A DNA stretch of 64,000 nucleotides from NCBI RefSeq assembly GCF_009914755.1, contig NC_060936.1; one strand, written 5' to 3'. The DNA is from the human T2T-CHM13v2.0 reference genome, Homo sapiens. This document shows positions 58,279 through 64,000 of the stretch, piece after piece. The position numbers and the translations under genes were made by a program. The notes under the pieces are model-generated. The model ran no database searches and was not told the origin of the DNA. It saw nothing but the letters and a program-made list of their open reading frames with translations. Each line of letters starts with the position of its first letter. Within the stretch, counting starts at the first letter, position 1.

Positions 58279-58893
58279 TCTCTTAAGTTCCCTTTCACCT
58301 TTAATATTTTTGCAACCATAAATATAGTTGTGATCACTGTTTTTTAACCAATAAAACAACAATTTATGTACAGAACCATAGGGTCTACTAATTTTCCTAT
58401 GTCCTCACTTGAACATTCTTTCAGTGAGAGAGAAGAAAAGCACTAAACCCAGGTAGCTTAGAAGTCATCTGAAATTGGGCTTCTTAGGAAGAAAGAAAGC
58501 ATATACAAAAACTCAAAGTATCTCAAAAGGGAGACTTACCCTCCTTAATTTTTCCTCCTACCCCACTTATATTTGGAATGCACACCTTTTCCTCAACTTT
58601 GCTGCATCTATCTCCCTAAGAACAAAAGCTTAACACAAACCAGATGACTGCGTCTATAAAAATTCTGTCTTCAACAGAAACCTGCTCTCTTTCTACTAGG
58701 CCTAAAAATCCAGAAAATGATAAGTACATGCATTGGTCTGTTGTTTCAAGCAATCTCAGATGCAGATTTGCTTTCCATGAAGTCAAAAGGTCTGTCTCCA
58801 TTCCCTTCAATTAACTCTGGCTTTAAACCTTCCATGGAGAACTTTAGTTATCTCAAAGTATGTCACAATATCTTCTAACAGTGATGATACTGA

Positions 58894-59208
58894 TTTTTTT
58901 TTTTTTTTTTTTTTAGATGGAGTCTTGCTCTGTCACCAGGCTGCAGTGCAGTGGCACGATCTCGGCTGGGAACCGAGATTCCCAGTGGCAACCTCTGATT
59001 CCCAGGTTCAAGCAATTCTCCTGCCTCAGCCTCCCGAGTAGCTGGGATTATAGGCACACGCCACCATGCCCAGCTAATTTTTGTGTTTTCAGTAGAGACA
59101 GGGTTTCACCATGTTGGCCAGGATGGTCTCTATCTCTTGACCTCATGATCCACCCACCTTGGCCTCCCAAAGTGCTGGGATTACAGGCGTGAGCCATGGC
59201 GCCTGGCC
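58894..59208 (-). mobile_element. AluS with a short templated insertion
   Basis: Antisense Alu; TSD atactgatttttt. Confidence 0.92.
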
Positions 59209-59353
59209 AATACTGATTTTTATGTAAAATATAGATAACAAAACCTTTCTGAGGGTGGTGATGTCACCAAGAATGCATGAAACTATTCCAAAATTAGTCC
59301 TGTGTTTATTCCTTTATTCCTTCTAGTCAGTATGCCCAAAGCACTGACAATAG

Positions 59354-59743
<390 letters not shown>

Positions 59744-60456
59744 TAATGAATGTCATCTCCTTTAACCATTTTCTATTGCAAAGTATATCCCATTGTTCCA
59801 TATAATTGATACAATCTTGTACGTATCAACTGACATCCTCCACACCATAGTTTTCATTAGAATCCCTTCATAATTTAGAGTTTGCCATACCAACATTTAG
59901 ATAATTATTCATCTAGGTAATATATGTAGGTAATTTTACTTCAAATTCAGAATTTAAAAAAAGTAATTAGGATAAATTTCTATCTATACTTCTGTTGTCA
60001 TTTTAAAAAATTCAATTGAAGTAAACAAAATAAGGGTAAATTTTACACAATTTCAAAAAATCATTTTATATATTTGTTTTTATTTATCACAATGCACTGA
60101 ATTCTGAAAAAATATTACTTTTATTAATACTTTAACCATGTCTCCATTCATTCTTTCAGTAACTATTGAGTACCCACGTTGTATCATATACTGTGTTTAG
60201 GCAACGTAGACTATGGTATAACAATAAGAATTTAAGGTAAAATGTCATATTTTAGAAAAATGATTGTCTCTTATGATCTTCATGTCACAATGAACTGGGA
60301 TCTAGCTAAGGGAAATTTACAATATCCTATAGATATGCCCTTGCTAAGTCTTTTCAACCAAGTGGGCCTGAATTCCCTATATGTGAATAGAAGTACTTCC
60401 AGCAATGAGATATGTTCCAAATACACTGAATCTATAAATAGGTGGCTATGTAATTC

Positions 60457-60766
<310 letters not shown>

Positions 60767-60865
60767 AGTAATTCATCAACTAAACTAGCATGAAAAGGGC
60801 TACCCTTAGTGATTACTCTAAAATAACAGGCCTAATTCAGGAATGTCCCAGGGTGGTGGAGGGGG

Positions 60866-60882
60866 ATGCGCGCGCGCGCGCG

Positions 60883-60937
<55 letters not shown>

Positions 60938-60938
60938 A
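60866..60938. repeat. Compound (CG)11(CA)22 microsatellite
   Basis: 73 bp of uninterrupted purine-pyrimidine alternation. Confidence 0.97.
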
Positions 60939-61294
60939 AGGATGAAGGGTGATGCCACTTACACAGGATTGACACCCTTCACTAGCTCTAGAATTCAGTT
61001 CTGTGGGTACTAGCACTACCACTGCTTGACAAAGATAGTAACATCAGATCAAGGACCCTTAGAGTTATCGTGACCTTATATTCCAAATTTGTTAGGACTG
61101 TTGCATTAGTAATAATCTATCCCTTTAACGCCATAAATACATGTATAACTTAAAATATTAAGCGTCCAAATTTCTGATTTGGAGAATATAGCCATAATAA
61201 AAATAGTATCTTCTCCCCTCTGTGCAGAAATAGGGTAAGGTTTTAAAATTCAGTTTCAAAGAGCAAAAAGATCAATGCAACTAGGATAGTCCTG

Positions 61295-61308
61295 TCACTA
61301 GAGGGCAG
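61295..61308 (+). promoter_or_regulatory. Candidate CTCF site
   Basis: TCACTAGAGGGCAG (one mismatch to the core), with TGCAA 19 bp upstream. Confidence 0.4.
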
Positions 61309-61582
61309 AAGCCATTCATGTGAGAAAGTAAAGAATAATTCAAGCATTTTCTATAAGAGGTTTTGGGGATTTTTAAATGTTTTAGAAAGGTGTCCAAGTA
61401 ACAGAATAGGATACTTGCTATAACTCTATCTAAACTAAACTTCAATGAAATCTTATTTTTGGCTTAAACCTAGATACAAAATTACATCTAAAGAGTTTGG
61501 AAAAAAAATTTAATTCGACATGAAAAAATTTCATTAAGCTAAACATTTTAGGAAATATAAAAGTCATATTAAGTTTACTTAC

Positions 61583-61836
61583 AATTGACATTAGAGTCAG
61601 TATATAGTTTTGCAAATTCGATCCATGAGCAGAAACCACTTTAGCATCAGCTGTAACCATAATTTCAATGTATCTTGGATATGATATAAGACGTTTTTTC
61701 CTGGAATGTCTTCTTTCATCTTTCAATGGTACATTTTTTGATGTGTGTCCTAAAACTCTTTCTTTCATTACATTAAGATCTTCATTCATGTTGCTGTAGG
61801 TATGAAAGGGTAAACTGGTTTCCTTTATTTGACTTT
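61583..61836 (-). CDS. ADAMTS20: ADAMTS20 exon (probably 4): end of prodomain, furin site RKKR, start of catalytic domain
   Basis: 254 nt; ttctccctag acceptor, ATT|gtaagt donor; encodes ESQIKETSLP...RHSRKKRLISYPRYIEIMVTADAKVVSAHGSNLQNYILTLMSI; phase 1 in, phase 0 out. Confidence 0.96.
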
Positions 61837-62984
61837 CTAGGGAGAAAAAAAGAATATAATGCAGAGCCATTAAATTGGATGTGACGAAAAATATCGCAAA
61901 AAATAGAACAGCCAAAAATATTTAATACTTACATATCTGTTCCCAACATGAAAATAAAAGAACAAAGAGAAATTGTTATTTAAAATAGTATTGTACAGCA
62001 TTATCATGAAGATTGCTTTTTATAGTAATAAAAAGTTTGCAAAAGTTCACATTTTCTTAGATTTTACCAACAAGAAATTTTATCTAAGTCATATTTGAAA
62101 AGGAAGGTATGACGATTCAAAAGCATTTATTAACTACCAAGTAGAAAATAAAAATATCCAGGACTTCTTATGTTTTTCTCAGCATGTAAATTAGGTTTTC
62201 AAGTCAACAATGACATTTAATCTCATTACAGAGTAGTACCATTTTGTAGGGTGAAACTTCATAAAATATAGAAAAAAACAAACTTTCTTTATACTACATG
62301 CGAAAAGCACCAAGAACAACAGAAAATTAAGCAAAATAACAATATGTGGGTGAATCTATTGAATCCAGAAAGGCAAATGTTCCTATAAATTTTTTAGTAC
62401 TTGATTATATAAAATACCTGATTTATTATGTTTGCTTATATATAAATACTGCATGAAAAATAATTGAACATTAAAGATTATTACAGTGAAGTAATATGCA
62501 TTTAAGTCCTACGCACTTACAGAAACTTACACATTTATGCCTGTGCGTTTAAATCTTAATTAATTGCCCTAATGGAAAAAAAATTCATAGGCTGCACAGG
62601 TGCTTGTCCTATTTCTCTCCCCTTCATTTTGTTCCTCTCCTTTCCTCTTTACTTCTTCCTTTTTTCTTGGCTAATTTTTCTGACAATTGTTTGGTGGTGG
62701 TATTTTCAATAGAAAAGCGGACCAAAGGAGTCAAGTGAGAAGAAATAAAGGTCCTGGATAGTTTAGAAACCAAGTAATCAATACCAAAATAATCAATAAC
62801 CAAGACATGGCTGTATTATAAGAATTAGATATAAATATAAAAACATATTTCATTATTATTAAAATAATTCATTTTAAGTACGAATGTAATCCTATGGCTG
62901 TAAGAAAGAAACAGAACACTTTAGACATTAAGTTTCCACAGATGAATTTTTTTTAATTAATATAAAAAATTTTATTCGTCTTAT

Positions 62985-63807
62985 TCTTTTTTTTCTATTT
63001 AATTTTTATTTTAGGTTCAGGCGTACATGTGCAGGTTTGTTCTGCAGGTAAACTCGTGTCATGGGAGTTTGGTGCACAGATTATTTCGTTACCCAGGTAC
63101 TAAGTATGTTACCCCATATTTGTTTTTTTCTGATCCTCTCCCTCCTCCCACCATCCACCCTCAAGTAGGCCCAGGTGTCTTTTACTTGGTGTGTCTATGT
63201 ATTCTTGTTATCTAGCTCCCACATACAAGTGAGAACATGCAGTATTTGGTTTTCTGTTCCTGCATTAGTTTGCTAAGGATAATGGCCTCTAGCTCCATTC
63301 ATGTTGTTGAAAGAACATGATCTTATTCTTTTTATGACTACATAATATTCCATAGTATATATGTACCACCATTTTCTTTATCTAGTCTGTCACTGATGGG
63401 CATTTAGGTTGGTTCCATGTCTTTGTTACTTTAAATAGTGCTGCAGTGAACATACACATGCATGTGTCTTTATAGAACAATTTATATTCCTTTGGGTATA
63501 TGCCCAATAATGGGGTTGCTGGGATGAATGCCAATTCTGTTTTTAGTTCTTTGAGGAATTGCCACACTGCTTTCCACAGTGGCTGAGCTAATTTACACTC
63601 CCACCAGCAGTGTGTAAACATTCCCCTTTCTCCACAACCTCATCAGCATCTATTATTTTTTTTATTTTTTAGCAATAGCCATTCTGACTGATGTGAGATG
63701 GTATCTCATCATGGTTCTGATGTGCATTTCTCTAACGATTAGTGATGTTGGGCATTTCTTCATATGTTTGTTGGCTACCTGTATGTCTTCTTTTGAAAAG
63801 TGTCTAT
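62985..63807 (-). mobile_element. 5'-truncated older primate L1 3' end
   Basis: ORF2 C-terminal homology (HCWWECKLAQPLWKAVW...KTWNQPKCP), 3'UTR and T-rich tail. Confidence 0.9.
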
Positions 63808-64000
63808 GAACTTCTTTTTCTAATTCCTAAAAACATCTAGCTTTTAATATTGTTATGTTCCTAGGTTTTAAAATTTATCTCAGTGGAAAATTCTGGAAAT
63901 TTGACAAATTGTGCAGTCCTAAAACTTTTTCTTGCCATTTTCTCCTGAAGTGACTTGGTCACTAAAATATCCATGACCAATTACTGGACCCTAGAGGAGA

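Overview
AT-rich human (or closely related hominid) genomic DNA. It contains 13 consecutive coding exons of the secreted metalloprotease gene ADAMTS20 on the minus strand (probably exons 4-16; numbering is from memory). All have GT-AG boundaries and compatible phases. They encode the end of the prodomain with the furin site RKKR, the reprolysin catalytic domain (HELGHTLGVQHD plus Met-turn), the disintegrin-like domain, TSP1 repeat 1, the Cys-rich region and the start of the spacer. The introns are dense in transposons: Alus, several L1s, L2/MIR, solo LTRs (MST, LTR10, MER4, HERV-W LTR17), MER85 and Tigger3. Highlights: (1) a full-length L1PA2-like element in the 21.7-kb intron lies antisense to the gene, has dead ORF1/ORF2 but an intact ORF0, and its ORF0 splice donor 1 is in frame with the next ADAMTS20 exon, predicting an L1-promoter-driven ORF0-ADAMTS20 fusion; (2) the same L1 carries a 45-bp 3' transduction; (3) a candidate poison exon sits directly upstream of a (UG)22(CG)11 tract, a TDP-43-type architecture; (4) an orphan ~1-kb 3'UTR-like insert splits an old L1; (5) one exon has a NAGNAG acceptor and a competing frameshifting donor. 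All functional statements are predictions from sequence.
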